From an uncultured Alphaproteobacteria bacterium (GTDB lineage: Bacteria; Pseudomonadota; Alphaproteobacteria; Rs-D84), in NCBI GenBank assembly GCA_947054455.1, contig CAMRWN010000001.1:74966-138965 (forward strand): a stretch of DNA of 64,000 bases, in the 5' to 3' direction. A program made the position numbers and the translations under genes. Shown one piece after another: positions 17,777 to 26,938 of the stretch (the stretch's first letter is position 1; the number at the start of each line of letters is the position of its first letter). The notes under the pieces were generated by a model. That model did no database searches, was not told the origin of the DNA, and saw nothing but the letters and a program-made list of their open reading frames with translations.

Positions 17777-18946
17777 CTAATGAAATATATAGCTGTCGAT
17801 GCCGGCCGCCGCCGCCGCGGATTTCAATTTTCCGGCCGCCGCATCCGACAGATTGTTTACACGCACGCGGTGCATGCCGGTTCCGGTGTCTTCGACGACC
17901 GGCGAAACCCCCAGTTTGTTTTTTACATTCCGCACCTGGTTTTGCGCGGCTGCGCGCGATGAAAACGCCCCGAACTGCACACCGGCATGGCCCGCCTTCA
18001 ACGCGGGCGCGGTGGCGGCCGATACCGGCGCGGCGCCCGTTGCTGCGTTATATGCCGCAGAAAATGTCCACGGCGGCGTGCTTGATACCGGTGCGGCGAC
18101 AGGCGCGGATGATGTCTGACGCGAAACGGGCGCCGCCTTTTCCCCCAGCATTTTAAATCCGCGGTTCAGCATCTGTGCCGCAATATTGGCACGAACATCC
18201 TTGTTCTCGGCCCCCAGCACGACCGCCAAAACACGCGAATTCCCGCGGTGCGCGGTCGCAACCAAAGAATATTTTGATTTGTTGGTGAATCCGGTTTTCA
18301 TCCCGTCGCATCCCGCGTACATCCCCAGCAAACGGTTTCCGTTTGTATATGTTTTGCCGTTGTATGTCCACGACTTTATCCCGAAATATTTCCAGTACTG
18401 CGGAAAATGCTTATACACCGCCATAGACATCAGCGCGATATCACGCGCCGTCGACAGGTGGTCGTCATCAGGCAATCCGGACGAGTTTTCAAAATTTGTC
18501 TGCGACAGTCCGATTTCAGATGCAACGCGCGTCATCAAGGTTGCAAAATTCCCTTCCTTGCCGCCCTTTAAATTTTCCGCCAACACGCGCGCCACATCGT
18601 TGGCACTGTGTACGGCGACCGCCTTAATCGCGTCTTCGACGGTGATTTTACTGCCCGCGGGCAGCCCCAGTTTCACCGGCGACGCATTCGCCGCCGTCTG
18701 CGACACAATCAGATAATCATCCAAATGCAGGCGTCCATGTTCCAGCGCATCAAACGTCAGATACAGCGTCATGATTTTCGTCAGGCTGGCGGGATAATTC
18801 AAATCACCCGCATTTTCAGAATACAAAACGCGTCCTGAATCCATATCCGCAACCAGCGCCGCGCGATACTGCGCCCCATGCGCCGCAATTGCGGGCATCG
18901 CCACCGCGGCCAGCGCGGCAAAAAAAACATTTCGAATATTCATCAA
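17777..18946 (-). CDS. dacA: D-alanyl-D-alanine carboxypeptidase (PBP5/6 family) fused to a C-terminal SPOR domain
   Basis: It has a signal peptide, the SxxK active site (ASLTKIMT), the SGN and KTG motifs, and a C-terminal SPOR-like segment (GVQFGAFSSRAAAQNQVRNV...GMHRVRVNNLSDAAAGKLKSAAAAAG). Confidence 0.85.
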   Translation of the reverse strand: MMNIRNVFFAALAAVAMPAIAAHGAQYRAALVADMDSGRVLYSENAGDLNYPASLTKIMTLYLTFDALEHGRLHLDDYLIVSQTAANASPVKLGLPAGSKITVEDAIKAVAVHSANDVARVLAENLKGGKEGNFATLMTRVASEIGLSQTNFENSSGLPDDDHLSTARDIALMSMAVYKHFPQYWKYFGIKSWTYNGKTYTNGNRLLGMYAGCDGMKTGFTNKSKYSLVATAHRGNSRVLAVVLGAENKDVRANIAAQMLNRGFKMLGEKAAPVSRQTSSAPVAAPVSSTPPWTFSAAYNAATGAAPVSAATAPALKAGHAGVQFGAFSSRAAAQNQVRNVKNKLGVSPVVEDTGTGMHRVRVNNLSDAAAGKLKSAAAAAGIDSYIFH

Positions 18947-18969
18947 ACGAATACTACAAAAAATCCGCC

Positions 18970-18998
18970 CCTGTGGTCAAGGGCGGATAAGTCGCATT
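18970..18998 (-). terminator. Rho-independent terminator after pyk
   Basis: The hairpin atccgccc-ctgtggtca-agggcggat has a T-rich tail on the minus strand. Confidence 0.6.
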
Positions 18999-19008
18999 CG
19001 ACGACAAA

Positions 19009-20379
19009 TTATCCCAGTTTGCGCAGGGAAATTTTTTCGCCGTCAACGATAACCAACACACCGGATTCCAGTCCGAACCACTTGGCCGCGGCAATCGCGT
19101 CGCGGGATTCGAACATTTCCTTGTCGCACTTGGCGCATACGCCGCGCGACAGGCACAGCTGGTTCGCAACAACGTCTTCGCGCGTGATTGCAAACACCGG
19201 AACATCCGGACGACGGCACGAAATCAGTGTCGCGGCCTTGGTTGTTTCCGCGAACACGACAATAGCCGCCGCTTCGTTCAATTCCGCCATGACGGTGATG
19301 GACAACGCCCAATCGTTTTCCGGCAAATCTTCGGCATCGGACCAGTCCTGGCTGTTTTCAATAGAATCGATGTCCGCATTTTCCAAAATCTTGGCCATGG
19401 TTTCTACAACAAACGGCGGATTTTCGCTGATTGTTGTTTCTTCGGACGTCATTGTGGCGTCAACATGCAGATATGCGGCGGTCGCGATATCGGAAATTTC
19501 CGCGCGGGTCGGGAAATCGCTGCCGACCATGGACCCCAGCATCTGGGTGGCCATGATAACCGGCTTGTTCTTTTCACGGCACATGCGGATGATGCGACGG
19601 GAAATCGCCGGCACCTTTTCAAACGGAACTTCGACCGCCAGGTCGCCGCGCGCAATCATTATGCCATCGGCCGCATCAATAATGGCATCAAGTTTATCAA
19701 CCGCCTGGGGGCGTTCGATTTTCGCGATGATTTTAACCGGGTGCGATGTGCGCGCCGTTATGAATTCACGTGTTTCGACAACATCTTCGGGTTTCTGGAC
19801 AAATGAAATCGCGACGAAATCCGGATTCTTGGTCAGAACATATTCCAAATCCGCACGATCCTTGGCAGTCAGAACGGATGTGGCAACTTCGGTGTCGGGC
19901 AGGTTAAAGCCACGACGGGACCATATTTCGGTTCCGCGGACAACAACGGCCTCGATGCTGTCGGAATTGACCTTTTCCACCTTCATTTCAATCTTGCCGT
20001 CGTTTAACAAAACGCGGTCGCCGGATTTCAAAGACTTGATAACATCCATATCGGGCAACTGCACGCGGTTAGAATTTCCCGGTGTCGGGTCGGAATCGAA
20101 AACGAATTTCTGGCCGGGGACAATCGGAAACTTGTCTTCGGTTTCAAAATTACCGATACGGTGCTTTGGCCCCTGCAAGTCCGCCAGAACCGCAACGGGA
20201 CGGCCCATTTCGGCCGCAATTTCACGGATATAGTCAATTTTTTGTCCCTGTACATCGCCGGTGTCGTGGCTAAAGTTCAGACGGCATACGTTTACACCGG
20301 CGGAAATCATTTTTTCCAGAACTTCGCGGCTGCCGCTTTTGGGGCCGATGGACGATGTAATTTTGGTAAATCTTTTCAT
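19009..20379 (-). CDS. pyk: Pyruvate kinase
   Basis: A 456-aa ORF with the PK family signature (KIIAKIERPQAV, MIARGDLAVE, MATQMLESM-like ATQMLGSM). Confidence 0.9.
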   Translation of the reverse strand: MKRFTKITSSIGPKSGSREVLEKMISAGVNVCRLNFSHDTGDVQGQKIDYIREIAAEMGRPVAVLADLQGPKHRIGNFETEDKFPIVPGQKFVFDSDPTPGNSNRVQLPDMDVIKSLKSGDRVLLNDGKIEMKVEKVNSDSIEAVVVRGTEIWSRRGFNLPDTEVATSVLTAKDRADLEYVLTKNPDFVAISFVQKPEDVVETREFITARTSHPVKIIAKIERPQAVDKLDAIIDAADGIMIARGDLAVEVPFEKVPAISRRIIRMCREKNKPVIMATQMLGSMVGSDFPTRAEISDIATAAYLHVDATMTSEETTISENPPFVVETMAKILENADIDSIENSQDWSDAEDLPENDWALSITVMAELNEAAAIVVFAETTKAATLISCRRPDVPVFAITREDVVANQLCLSRGVCAKCDKEMFESRDAIAAAKWFGLESGVLVIVDGEKISLRKLG

Positions 20380-20475
20380 TTCCTTGCTCTCTTTTATATG
20401 GTGATTGTTGTTTTTCTTGATTTTTAGCTTTTATGGTATATCATACAATTTTGAAATACACAAGGGGAAATCGAT

Positions 20476-20724
20476 ATGAAAAACGCAAATCATGGTGCCA
20501 TTGACAACCAGCAGTTAACCAGCATTATCGAACGTATTGAAAAGCTGAACGAGGATACAGCCGCAATCGCCGCCGACATCAAGGAAATCTATAGCGAGGC
20601 GAAATCCGCCGGATTCGACCCGAAATATATCCGCCAGATGATACGCCTGCGCAAGCTGGATCCGGATGAACTGGACGAAGCGGACGAACTGACCCAGATG
20701 TACCGCAACGCGCTGGGGCTGTGA
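20476..20724 (+). CDS. gapR: GapR-like DUF2312/UPF0335 nucleoid-associated protein
   Basis: The 82-aa protein contains QLTSIIERIEKLNEDTAAIAADIKEIYSEAKSAGFDPKYIRQMIRLRK, matching the conserved alphaproteobacterial GapR/DUF2312 core. Confidence 0.7.
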   Translation: MKNANHGAIDNQQLTSIIERIEKLNEDTAAIAADIKEIYSEAKSAGFDPKYIRQMIRLRKLDPDELDEADELTQMYRNALGL

Positions 20725-20732
20725 TTTTTGTC

Positions 20733-21047
20733 ATGAAATCATTCACCAAGACAGTAGAAGATTTTACATGCGCCCATTGCGGCGCATGTGTTTGTGGAAA
20801 CGGGTATACAAACCATTGTCCGCAATGCCTGTGGTCGCGTCATGTCGACAACAATCCCGGCGACCGCGCGGCATCATGCGGCGGCATGATGCGTCCAATT
20901 GCCGTCAACGGGGCCGGCGACGGATTTATCATAACCCACCGCTGCGAAACATGCGGCAAGACAATACGCCAACGCAGCGCCCAAAACGACAACATTGACG
21001 AGATAATAAAAATATCCGCAAATAATTCCTTTATATTCGGCGAATAA
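20733..21047 (+). CDS. RNHCP domain-containing protein
   Basis: It carries the RNHCP-like motif FTCAHCGACVCGNGYTNHCPQCLWSRHVD..PGDRAASCGGMM...HRCETCG. It is probably co-transcribed with gapR, starting 8 nt after the gapR stop. Confidence 0.6.
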   Translation: MKSFTKTVEDFTCAHCGACVCGNGYTNHCPQCLWSRHVDNNPGDRAASCGGMMRPIAVNGAGDGFIITHRCETCGKTIRQRSAQNDNIDEIIKISANNSFIFGE

Positions 21048-21064
21048 ATTCCTATACTTTTCCC

Positions 21065-23002
21065 ATGCGGAATTGGTTGCAAAATAACATCGGGGACGCC
21101 TTTGTGTTCGCACCGTTTATAATTGCGGGCGGGGCCGCGCTGTATTTCACATGCGGCGCCGAACCCGGCATACCAATGTGGGCCGCAGGCGCGGCGATTG
21201 CGGCATCTATCATGATGCTGCAAAAAACACAAATTATTACGCGGGCAATCGCACTGTTTGCATTCGGATTTTTCTATGCCATGGTCTATACGAATGCAGT
21301 CGACACGCCGCTGATGACCCGAAACATGCGCGACGCCGCATTGGACGCAACGGTTGAAAACATAGATTACACACCCGACAAACACAGAATTTATCTGCAG
21401 GTCGATGCATCCGACATAAATGCCGGCGACGGTCGTGCAATCGTGCGTGTTTCCGCGCCAGGGGATTCGACGCCACCGCAAATCGGCGACAAAATCCGTG
21501 CAAACGTCGGCTTGTTTCGTCCCGCGCCCGCGGATGCACCCGGCGCGTTCGACTATGCACGCTGGGCATATTTCAACAAACTGTCCGCGACTGGATACAT
21601 GGACGAATACACAGTACTGGCCGACAACGGCGGCGGTGGAATAAATTCCGTGCGAAAGTTTCTGCATGAAAAGGCCAATTCCCACCTGACAGACGGGCTG
21701 GTGCTGGGATATAAAAACATCCTGACCCAGGACGAGCGGCAATATTGGACCACCGCCGGCATCGGACACGTCTGGTCAATCAGCGGATTTCACATGACAC
21801 TGGTGGCGGGATGGCTGTTTGCAATATTCTATATGATATTCAGATGCATTCCACGCATCACCCGTGCATATCCGGCGCGCATTCCAGCGATGTTCGCCGC
21901 ATGGTGCGGACTGGTCGGGTACCTGATGATTTCGGGCGTGGGCGTCGCGACGGTGCGCGCATTTCTGATGACAAGCCTGATGTTCGCGGCGGTGGCCCTG
22001 GGGCGCAGCGCGATTTCAATGCGAAACATATGCATTGCGTTCTGCATTATATTTCTGATTAATCCGCACAATGTCATGCAGGCCGGATTCCAGTTGTCTT
22101 TCGCCGCGATTTTCGGTCTGATTTGGTTTTGGGGCGTTGTGCGTCCTAAAATGCCGCGTGGCAGAATATCAAAAATTATTTTCACAGCGGTGATGACATC
22201 GCTGGTGGCGACAATATTCACAACGCCGTTCGTCGCCGCGCACTTTCACACCATACCGACATACGGGCTGATTGGCAATCTGACGCTGCTGCCTATATTT
22301 TCCCTGTTGATAATGCCGCTGGTTATGGTGGGGACGTTTGCGGCCGCGATCGGAATTCATGCCCCGCTGGAATTGGCGCATTGGATTTATGATTTTGCAC
22401 TGCTGGGCGCGCGGCAAATATCGGCGCTGCCGATGGCTGAAATAATAACACCGCATATTCCAGGTATCGCACTGGTCATTATGACGGCCGGACTGGTTGG
22501 ACTGATGTTTATCAAGCCCGGCAGATATAAAATCAACGTTATTATATGCAGCCTGGCCATGGCCGCCGGATGCACGATGACGGCATTGGCGCCGCGTCCG
22601 ATGTTTTTCGCAACAAGCGACCACGAACTGGTCGCGTTCGCGAACGATGATGCAATCGAGTTCAACAAGGCGCGCGCATCAAATCACTATTTTACATTCG
22701 ACACATGGAAGCAGATGCTGGGGCTGCCCGCCGGCACCAAAAATATTCGCCGCGCACACGACCGGGGCGTGTACGATTTCAAGACGCAGAACTTTCACTT
22801 GGTATACATTCAAAAATTCGTGCCGCTGATGCGCAACATTGAAAAACTGTGCCATGACCCGGACATTGATTACATAGTGTCATATTTTGATATTCAATCG
22901 CCGTCATGCGGGGACAAAATTCTGCGCGGCGGATTTGTAATCGACCCGTCGGGTCGTGTCAGAAACGCGCAGCTTAATCGTCGCTGGCATAATCACAGCT
23001 GA
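21065..23002 (+). CDS. comEC: ComEC/Rec2 family DNA internalisation channel protein; no C-terminal metallo-beta-lactamase domain evident
   Basis: A 645-aa ORF with an N-terminal DUF4131-like region and the polytopic competence domain (HVWSISGFHMTLVAGWLF, VRAFLMTSLMFAAVALGRS, QLSFAAIFGLIWFW). Confidence 0.8.
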   Translation: MRNWLQNNIGDAFVFAPFIIAGGAALYFTCGAEPGIPMWAAGAAIAASIMMLQKTQIITRAIALFAFGFFYAMVYTNAVDTPLMTRNMRDAALDATVENIDYTPDKHRIYLQVDASDINAGDGRAIVRVSAPGDSTPPQIGDKIRANVGLFRPAPADAPGAFDYARWAYFNKLSATGYMDEYTVLADNGGGGINSVRKFLHEKANSHLTDGLVLGYKNILTQDERQYWTTAGIGHVWSISGFHMTLVAGWLFAIFYMIFRCIPRITRAYPARIPAMFAAWCGLVGYLMISGVGVATVRAFLMTSLMFAAVALGRSAISMRNICIAFCIIFLINPHNVMQAGFQLSFAAIFGLIWFWGVVRPKMPRGRISKIIFTAVMTSLVATIFTTPFVAAHFHTIPTYGLIGNLTLLPIFSLLIMPLVMVGTFAAAIGIHAPLELAHWIYDFALLGARQISALPMAEIITPHIPGIALVIMTAGLVGLMFIKPGRYKINVIICSLAMAAGCTMTALAPRPMFFATSDHELVAFANDDAIEFNKARASNHYFTFDTWKQMLGLPAGTKNIRRAHDRGVYDFKTQNFHLVYIQKFVPLMRNIEKLCHDPDIDYIVSYFDIQSPSCGDKILRGGFVIDPSGRVRNAQLNRRWHNHS

Positions 23003-23717
23003 CAAAATACAAGCCGGCCGCCGGCGCGGTTGGCCCGGCCGCAGAGCGGCGCGCCGCAGCAAAAATTTCATCAATATCGTACGGCTTGCCCAATCCGATT
23101 TCAACCAGTGTTCCGACAATATTGCGCACCTGGTGATGCAGGAATGAACGCGCGGAAAATTCAAACACCACCGCGTCGCCGGATTTCGTTATCCGGCACA
23201 CGTCCAATGTTTTCATCGGGCTTTTCGCCTGGCACTGGGTTGCGCGGAAACTGGTGAAATCATGTTCGCCGATAAGACGCATGGCGGCATTTTTCATCGC
23301 ATTCAAATCCAGTTCGCGCGGCACCCACCAAACGCGGTTTTTATCCAGCACCGCCGGCGCACGACGGTTCAACACAACATATTTGTAATGACGCGCGACG
23401 CAGTCAAAGCGCGCGTTGAAATCATCGGCGACGATATCGCATTTCAAAACGGCGACGGGCTTTTCCGCCAGATAAAAATTCAGCGCGCGCATCACCGTCG
23501 ACGCATCGCGCGCATCCGGCAAATCAAAATGCGCGCACATCCCCAGCGCATGGACCCCCGCATCAGTGCGACCCGCCGCGACAACATCCGGACGCACGCC
23601 ACAGAATTCGCAAATCGCGTCCTTCATAATCGACTGGACCGACGGGCCCTGGCGGTTTTCCTGCCAGCCTATCAGGCCCGTGCCGTCGTATTCCAAAATC
23701 ACCCTGTATCGTGTCAT
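22974..23717 (-). CDS. truA: tRNA pseudouridine(38-40) synthase TruA
   Basis: The protein reads MTRYRVILEYDGTGLIGWQ...GRTDAGVHALGMCAHFDLP and carries the catalytic Asp motif (RTDAGVHA). It converges on and overlaps comEC by 29 nt. Confidence 0.9.
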   Translation of the reverse strand: MTRYRVILEYDGTGLIGWQENRQGPSVQSIMKDAICEFCGVRPDVVAAGRTDAGVHALGMCAHFDLPDARDASTVMRALNFYLAEKPVAVLKCDIVADDFNARFDCVARHYKYVVLNRRAPAVLDKNRVWWVPRELDLNAMKNAAMRLIGEHDFTSFRATQCQAKSPMKTLDVCRITKSGDAVVFEFSARSFLHHQVRNIVGTLVEIGLGKPYDIDEIFAAARRSAAGPTAPAAGLYFVSCDYASDD

Positions 23718-23719
23718 GA

Positions 23720-23938
23720 TTATTTTGCTTTCTGTACGTACCGGCGGCACAGGTCGCATTTCGTGTTGTCAAGGCTTCTTAATAGCTCGGCAATTTTTCT
23801 GCCGTATTCCGAACAGCTCTTGCAGTTCAGGCCGTTGCAGTCCATACACCGGCACCTACCGTTATCATTGTGGTGCGACACGTCGATATGTTCCCCAAAC
23901 AGGCCGCAAAATCTTTTGATATTCTTATTGTTGTTCAT
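23720..23938 (-). CDS. Hypothetical Cys-rich small protein (72 aa; 8 Cys in CxC/CxxC spacing, possible zinc ribbon)
   Basis: An ORF wedged between fmt and truA in the same orientation. It contains CRCMDCNGLNCKSC...CDLC. Confidence 0.4.
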   Translation of the reverse strand: MNNNKNIKRFCGLFGEHIDVSHHNDNGRCRCMDCNGLNCKSCSEYGRKIAELLRSLDNTKCDLCRRYVQKAK

Positions 23939-23943
23939 AATTT

Positions 23944-24750
23944 TTATTCCCCGTATTTTATGTCCGCGCCACGCAGACCGTTTACAAAACTTTTCCAGTC
24001 CATGGGTTTCTTGCCTGCAGGCTGGATTCGCAAAATTTCCAGTGCGCCGTCATTGACGCGCGTTTCCAGAATCTTGACGTCCGTGCCGTTTATCCGTGTC
24101 CGCCCCGCCCCCAGCGCGCGAACCAGATTATGTATTTCGCGTGGTGTTTTCGACCAGTCTATTATTTCATCCGCACCGGTGAATTTTCGCGTATATGTTG
24201 CGTCCCCGGATTGCGGTACCGGCGGATATGCGCCCGGATTTTTCAGATATTCGACCAGCATTTTCGCACCGATTTCAGACACGCGCTTTTCAACCACTTC
24301 GTTGGTGTCGTTTTCACCGATTTCAAACGGCGCGCGCATAAAGACGTCGCCCGCATCCATCTGGGCTGTGATGCGCATCAGACAGACCTGGGACTGGGTG
24401 TCGCCATTGTAAACGGCGGTTCGTATCGGCGACGGCCCGCGGTATTGTGGCAGACGGCTGGGATGTATGTTTATGCACGGCGCGGAATTCAGCACGTTGT
24501 CGCGCAATATAACACCATAAGACACCACGACAACCATGTCCGGCGTGAAATCGTATTCGCTGATATTGGTATAGACCGGCAAATTTTTTGACATCGCCCA
24601 GACATGCACCGGCGACGGGGTCAAAACCTGTCTGCGGCCGGCGGGCTTGGGCGCGCGCGTAAACACCGCCATAACTTCGTGCCCCGCATTTAAAACCGCG
24701 TCAAAAATCGGGACGACAAAATCGTTCGTCCCCATCAGGACCAATTTCAT
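23944..24750 (-). CDS. fmt: Methionyl-tRNA formyltransferase
   Basis: The likely start is MKLVLMGTNDFVVP. It has the formyltransferase motif (NIHPSRLPQYRG) and the conserved def-fmt arrangement. Confidence 0.85.
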   Translation of the reverse strand: MKLVLMGTNDFVVPIFDAVLNAGHEVMAVFTRAPKPAGRRQVLTPSPVHVWAMSKNLPVYTNISEYDFTPDMVVVVSYGVILRDNVLNSAPCINIHPSRLPQYRGPSPIRTAVYNGDTQSQVCLMRITAQMDAGDVFMRAPFEIGENDTNEVVEKRVSEIGAKMLVEYLKNPGAYPPVPQSGDATYTRKFTGADEIIDWSKTPREIHNLVRALGAGRTRINGTDVKILETRVNDGALEILRIQPAGKKPMDWKSFVNGLRGADIKYGE

Positions 24751-25256
24751 TTCTTGTGCCTCCGAACCTTGCGCATGACCATTTCGCGGCGCACCGGCGA
24801 CAGATGGTCTATGAATAAAACACCGTCCAGATGGTCTGCTTCGTGTTGTACGATGCGTGCAGCCAGACCGGACATTTCTGCGGCGCACGACGCGCCCGTT
24901 TCATCCGTCCATTCAACGCACACCGCTTGGGGACGTGAAACATTTGAAAACACCGGCAGATTATCCGGCCCCAGAACGGACAGGCAGCCCTCCTCCATTG
25001 TGCATACCTCGTCGCTCTTGGATACAATTTTCGGATTCAGCATTTTAAACACCTGGTCGGTGTCCGGATTCATCATGACCAGAAAACGCTGGGTTATGCC
25101 GACCTGGGGCGCGGCCAGGCCGACGCCGTTCTGTTCGCGCATCATCCCCACCATTTCATCCAGCACCGCCAGCAGCTGCGGCGTTATATCCGCAACCGGC
25201 GCACATTTTTCGCGCAGGGTCAAATCCCCGCAAAGTTTCATTTCCAAATTACTCAT
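24747..25256 (-). CDS. def: Peptide deformylase
   Basis: The three PDF motifs are present: GVGLAAPQVG, EGCLS and HEADHLDG. The start is placed at MSNLEMK; the track ORF extends further upstream. Confidence 0.9.
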   Translation of the reverse strand: MSNLEMKLCGDLTLREKCAPVADITPQLLAVLDEMVGMMREQNGVGLAAPQVGITQRFLVMMNPDTDQVFKMLNPKIVSKSDEVCTMEEGCLSVLGPDNLPVFSNVSRPQAVCVEWTDETGASCAAEMSGLAARIVQHEADHLDGVLFIDHLSPVRREMVMRKVRRHKK

Positions 25257-26469
25257 CCCTGTATTCCAATGATATTTTCTTGTTTGTTGTGATGCCGCTT
25301 TTCTGTTTGATTTTTTCAAACCAAACCGACATGTTTCCCTTGCCTTCGGCCAACTGGCCCAGGGCGCCGTCATACGCGCGCTGGGCGCCCGTGATTGCGC
25401 GCCCGACGGCGGCGAAATTTTCGGTAAATCCGACATATTTCTCGTACAGTTTGTTCACCATTTCCACGACTTCGGAAATATTCCTGTTCTGGCGGTCCAA
25501 TTTCAGCAGCATTTCCACCGTCTTGAGTATCGGGAACAGCAGCGACGAAGTTATCAGCGCCACATTTTTCATCTGGGCGCCGGCATACAGTTCAGGCTTT
25601 CTGCGCATGGCCAGAATATACGCCGATTCCAGCGGCATGAACATGAATACATAGTCCAGTCCGCAATCCTTGACCTTTTTCTGATAATCCTTGGCCCCCA
25701 GTTTGTTTATATGAGTTTCGGTGGCGCGAATGAATTCATCGGCAAAGCGTTCGCGGTCCGCATCGTTGTCCGCGTTTTCATAGTTCATATAGCTTTCCAA
25801 TGAAACCTTGGAATCTATGATGATGCGTTTGTTGTTGGGCAAATTCAGAATAAAGTCCGGACGAATGTCGCCGTCATCACTGTGGAAAAACTCCTCTTTG
25901 GTATAGTCCACGTTTTCCACAAACCCCAGCATCTGCAGCACGTTTTCAAGATACGCCTCGCCCCAGCAGCCCTGGGTCTTTTTATTACGCAGCGCATTTG
26001 CCAGGTTTGTCGCCTCCTGCTGCAGGCTGTCGCTTTTTGCCAGCATGTTTTTTATCTGTTCGTCAATGCTGGTTTTGTTTTCAACGGAATTTTTCAGCAT
26101 TTCCTGAATGCGGCGGTCAAAGCCTTCCTTCAGTTCCTTCATCTCTTGTTGAACGGGCATCAAGACAGTTTTCTGCGTGCCGATGACGGATTCCTTTTGC
26201 CGCTCTATCAATTCGGCGGAAACCGCCTTGAAATCGTTCAGCATTTTTTCACGCACACTGCGCAGGGTTTCCACCTCGCGCGCGGCGGCGGCGGCATCCG
26301 CCACCAAACGGTCGTTCTTTATACGCAGGTTTTCAATATCCTGGCGCTGTTGTTTCAACAACGCCTCCAGCCGCGCCAAATTCAGCGCGCCCGAACGGTC
26401 GCGCGGACGCAGCACAAACCCCAGCACACCGCCAACCGCCAGACCTATCAACAGACCGATATAATCCAT
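25249..26469 (-). CDS. rmuC: DNA recombination protein RmuC
   Basis: A 406-aa ORF with an N-terminal TM helix and coiled coils, and a conserved RmuC C-terminal region (DFILNLPNNKRIIIDSKVSLESY). Confidence 0.8.
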   Translation of the reverse strand: MDYIGLLIGLAVGGVLGFVLRPRDRSGALNLARLEALLKQQRQDIENLRIKNDRLVADAAAAAREVETLRSVREKMLNDFKAVSAELIERQKESVIGTQKTVLMPVQQEMKELKEGFDRRIQEMLKNSVENKTSIDEQIKNMLAKSDSLQQEATNLANALRNKKTQGCWGEAYLENVLQMLGFVENVDYTKEEFFHSDDGDIRPDFILNLPNNKRIIIDSKVSLESYMNYENADNDADRERFADEFIRATETHINKLGAKDYQKKVKDCGLDYVFMFMPLESAYILAMRRKPELYAGAQMKNVALITSSLLFPILKTVEMLLKLDRQNRNISEVVEMVNKLYEKYVGFTENFAAVGRAITGAQRAYDGALGQLAEGKGNMSVWFEKIKQKSGITTNKKISLEYRDE

Positions 26470-26545
26470 ATTTGAACCTTTTTACGCATTATATACCAAA
26501 AAAGAGGCATTTCAAGCGGCGCCGCGCAATAAAAACAGGGGAATT

Positions 26546-26905
26546 TTATTTCCCCTGTTTTTTTGTCTTTTTTACCGTTTTTACAGTTTTGATCGAACGC
26601 GCGGCCTTTGTCTTTCCCGCCGCCGGGGGCGCATCCGCGGCGGACGACGCACTCATAATCTGCATTTGCATTTCCAGAATCATGTTCTCTTTGGTTTGGA
26701 TGACGCTTTCCTTTTCGCGTATCATTTCCAACAGGCGGTCGTTTTCCAGTTGGACTTTTGCCAGCTCTTTGCGCCCCAGAACAACCTGGTCGGACAATTG
26801 ACGACGGCGTCCGCGACTGAATAGACCGGTCACAATCGCCCCGACCAGCGCGCCCGATGTCGCGCTGACCAAATCAAACAAAGTATCTATCAACGGTGTT
26901 GCCAT
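26546..26905 (-). CDS. Hypothetical membrane-anchored coiled-coil protein (YhcB/ZapG-like architecture)
   Basis: A 119-aa ORF with an N-terminal TM segment, a coiled coil and a Lys-rich tail. A terminator hairpin follows at 26531..26562. Confidence 0.45.
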   Translation of the reverse strand: MATPLIDTLFDLVSATSGALVGAIVTGLFSRGRRRQLSDQVVLGRKELAKVQLENDRLLEMIREKESVIQTKENMILEMQMQIMSASSAADAPPAAGKTKAARSIKTVKTVKKTKKQGK

Positions 26906-26938
26906 GCATCAAATATAACACGGCGGTTTAAAAAATCA

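Noticed and set aside
18878-20233. 451-aa plus-strand ORF
   Set aside because: It is antisense to the pyruvate kinase gene and its composition is Ser/Thr/Arg-rich junk. The pyk reading frame carries all the family motifs.
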